Positions 62,027 to 64,000 of a stretch of 64,000 nucleotides of DNA are shown one piece after another. The notes beneath the pieces are model-generated. The model had not been told where the DNA came from, ran no database searches, and worked only from the letters and a program-made list of their open reading frames with translations. The translations under genes were made by a program, and so were the position numbers. Source of the DNA: Clostridia bacterium (lineage in GTDB: Bacteria > Bacillota > Clostridia > Oscillospirales > CAG-272); the NCBI GenBank assembly GCA_017504625.1, contig JAFVQU010000011.1, forward strand, positions 10,035 to 74,034, given 5' to 3'. How positions within the stretch are numbered: the first letter of the stretch is position 1; each line of letters opens with the position of its first letter.

Positions 62027-62866
62027 ATGCCGATAACCCTGATGTATATAACCAATGACGTTCGACTTGCAAAAATAGCGCAAGAAGCGGGAGTCGACCG
62101 AGTTTGGATAGATATGGAATATAAGGGCAAGGAAGAAAGACAGGCGGGTATGAATACCGTCAAAAGCAATCATACGGTTGAGGACGTAAAAAAGCTTCGT
62201 CCAGTGGTCACCTCGTCTTCACTTCAGGTTCGAGTAAATCCGCTCGATGAATGTTCTAAAAAGGAAATAGATGAGGTCATCGCGGCTGGAGCGGACTATG
62301 TAATGCTCCCTATGTTCAAAACGAGAGATGACGTGGAAAAATTCATCTCGCTTGTCGGCGGACGAGCTAAAACGATACTTTTGCTTGAGACTCGCGAGGC
62401 GGCAGAGAATATCGAGGAGTATATCGACATGCCCGGAATTGATGAGATACATATAGGACTGAACGACCTTCATCTTGCGTACGGCAAAACCTTTATGTTT
62501 GAGCTTATCGTTGACGGAACGGTAGAGCGACTTGCTAAAATTTTGCGTGAGCATAACGTTCGATTTGGCTTTGGTGGAATGGCACGTATAGGCTACGGTA
62601 TGCTGCCCGCTGAGAAAATACTGACACAGCACTATGCGTGGGGCTCGCAGATGGCTATCCTTTCAAGAGGCTTTTGCGATGCAAACCTCGTTTCCGACCC
62701 TGAAACCGTGCGCGATGATTTCATTGTTGGCGTACAAAAAATAAGAGCAAAAGAAAAAGAGATAGAGAGATATACTGATGCCGATTTTGCGGCAAATTAT
62801 GCCGAGATAGGTCCGATCGTATCAAGTATAGTCGAAAATATAAAGGCAAAGCGAGCAGGCAAATGA
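62027..62866 (+). CDS. HpcH/HpaI aldolase / citrate-lyase-beta family TIM-barrel protein
   Basis: Family-like layout (DRVWIDMEY..., ADYVMLPMF, LLLETREA, IHIGLNDL). Assigned by resemblance only. Confidence 0.55.
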   Translation: MPITLMYITNDVRLAKIAQEAGVDRVWIDMEYKGKEERQAGMNTVKSNHTVEDVKKLRPVVTSSSLQVRVNPLDECSKKEIDEVIAAGADYVMLPMFKTRDDVEKFISLVGGRAKTILLLETREAAENIEEYIDMPGIDEIHIGLNDLHLAYGKTFMFELIVDGTVERLAKILREHNVRFGFGGMARIGYGMLPAEKILTQHYAWGSQMAILSRGFCDANLVSDPETVRDDFIVGVQKIRAKEKEIERYTDADFAANYAEIGPIVSSIVENIKAKRAGK

Positions 62867-64000
62867 AAAAAATTTGTTTTGTAACAACAGTTTCAATTAC
62901 AATGAAAAGCTTTGTGGTTGAGACCGCAAAGCATTTACATGAACAATGCGGCTATGACGTAACACTTATATGCAGTCCAGACGAAGCTTTTGAGAAATCT
63001 CTGCCCGAATATCTGCACTTTATTCCCGTAGATATGCCACGAGGAGCAGATCTTTCGGGTTTCAAGTCTGTAAAGGTATTCCGCAAAATAATCCGCGAGC
63101 AGAGGTTTGATATGGTGCAATATTCGACACCGAATGCATCTTGCTACGCGTCGATTGCAGCAAAGCTTGAAAAGGTACCGATCCGTCTTTATTGCCAATG
63201 GGGAATAAGATACGTTGGTCTTTCGGGTGTGACGAGAACGATATTCAAGTTCCTTGAAAAGCTTGTATGCAAAAATTCAACTCATATAAGAGCGGTAAGT
63301 CGCCTTAATAAAGATTTTGCCGTTGCGGAGGGATTATATAAGGCGGATAAAGCAGTCGTTGTCGGTAACGGTGGAACTATCGGAGTAGATACGACTGTTT
63401 ACGACCTTTCAAGAAAAGATGAGTGGCGAAAGTCTGTAAGCGAGGAATACGGTCTGTCCGACGAGGACTTCGTTTTCGGATTTGCGGGCAGAATTTCAAG
63501 AGATAAGGGTTGTGCCGAGCTTCTTGAGGCTTTCTTTAAGGTAAGTGAGCGAAACAAGAGCGCAAGACTGCTTATAGTCGGTCCATACGAGGAGAATTGC
63601 GGAATAGACGCAGAGCTTATAGAACGGGCGAAGCAGAGCGACAGGGTCATTTTTACGGGTAGGATAGATAATTCCGAAATGAAAAAATATTATTCTGCTA
63701 TGGACATTCTCGTTCATCCGACATATCGCGAGGGCTTTGGAATGGTAATTCAGGAGGCGGGCGCACTTGCCGTGCCGACTATTACGACAAAAATCCCCGG
63801 AGCGAGCGAGGTTATGGAGGACGGCGTTTCTTGCCTTTTGGTCGAGCCTAAGAATACCGCATCGCTTGCAGATGCGATGCGACAGGCTATTCACTCGCAA
63901 GAGCGTGTCAAATCGCTCGGTGCTGCGGCATATGAGCGTACCAAAAAGCTTTACGACCGACCCGTGATGCTTGAATTCCAAAGAAAAGACTACGAAAAAC
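62863..64000 (+). CDS. GT4-family glycosyltransferase, 3' end outside the window
   Basis: Not in the ORF track because it runs off the window. ATGA overlap with the upstream gene. The frame is open to nt 64000. GRISRDKG, HPTYREGFGMVIQEAGALAVPTITTKIPGASEVMEDG (E-x7-E). Confidence 0.88.
   Translation, partial: MKKICFVTTVSITMKSFVVETAKHLHEQCGYDVTLICSPDEAFEKSLPEYLHFIPVDMPRGADLSGFKSVKVFRKIIREQRFDMVQYSTPNASCYASIAAKLEKVPIRLYCQWGIRYVGLSGVTRTIFKFLEKLVCKNSTHIRAVSRLNKDFAVAEGLYKADKAVVVGNGGTIGVDTTVYDLSRKDEWRKSVSEEYGLSDEDFVFGFAGRISRDKGCAELLEAFFKVSERNKSARLLIVGPYEENCGIDAELIERAKQSDRVIFTGRIDNSEMKKYYSAMDILVHPTYREGFGMVIQEAGALAVPTITTKIPGASEVMEDGVSCLLVEPKNTASLADAMRQAIHSQERVKSLGAAAYERTKKLYDRPVMLEFQRKDYEK

Overview
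This 64-kb chromosomal window reads like a mid-GC Firmicutes (Clostridia-type) genome. That call rests on SigA-type TTGACA-17-TATAAT promoters, GGAGG ribosome-binding sites, many Cys-lipobox lipoproteins, an rnf operon, a Gx-transporter/NusG-II pair and meso-DAP dehydrogenase. I call about 57 protein genes and 4 tRNAs (Lys-CUU, Ser-CGA, Leu-UAA, initiator Met). I see no rRNA, CRISPR, transposase or integrase.

Layout:
- 1-8639: three tandem paralogous GLUG/beta-helix repeat surface proteins.
- 8769-10436: an SPFH-like / small helical / zinc-ribbon trio.
- 10671-11220: tRNA-Lys followed by an unusual ~117-bp structured tandem repeat that carries copies of the tRNA T-arm.
- 11301-16754: glycoside hydrolase, LysM-CAP protein, Y-family polymerase + YolD, metallophosphoesterase, small lipoprotein.
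- 16794-20572 (-): PAP2 phosphatase / two membrane proteins / M20 peptidase operon.
- 21601-26042: a phosphonate operon. It starts with a terminator-containing leader, then a tri-domain nucleotidyltransferase-cytidylyltransferase-PEP mutase fusion, an Fe-ADH and phosphonopyruvate decarboxylase.
- 26079-28703 (-): a DMT transporter and a metal ABC permease/ATPase pair.
- 28949-36802 (-): a 9-gene operon of tandem-domain lipoprotein, ApbE, RnfC-D-G-E-A, NusG-II protein and Gx transporter. It has no rnfB, and its RnfG is double-length.
- 37202-47870: PHP phosphoesterase, tRNA-Ser, a 915-aa lipoprotein with a C-terminal Cys-phosphatase domain, ddh, AraC regulator, permease, Lit-like protein, GDPD, MFS.
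- 48202-53225: lipoprotein, sugar-type ABC permeases and binding protein, SDR.
- 53413-53601: tRNA-Leu and tRNA-fMet. They are followed by a tiled array of seven different mini-hairpins separated by a conserved 10-mer in two opposed orientations, then a visibly AT-rich two-gene islet (four-helix-bundle protein + unknown).
- 55067-64000: YwaF-like protein, mntP, deoC-deoD-deoB, and the start of a diNAcBac-type glycan locus (aminotransferase, phosphoglycosyl transferase, acetyltransferase, HpcH-family protein, GT4).

The most interesting candidates are:
- the HEP-type phosphonate operon with its triple fusion and orphan leader;
- the rnfB-less Rnf operon extended by extracytoplasmic proteins and ApbE;
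- the tRNA-linked structured repeats;
- the hairpin/10-mer array plus islet.

All functional calls come from reading the translations and motifs by eye. No database search was run.
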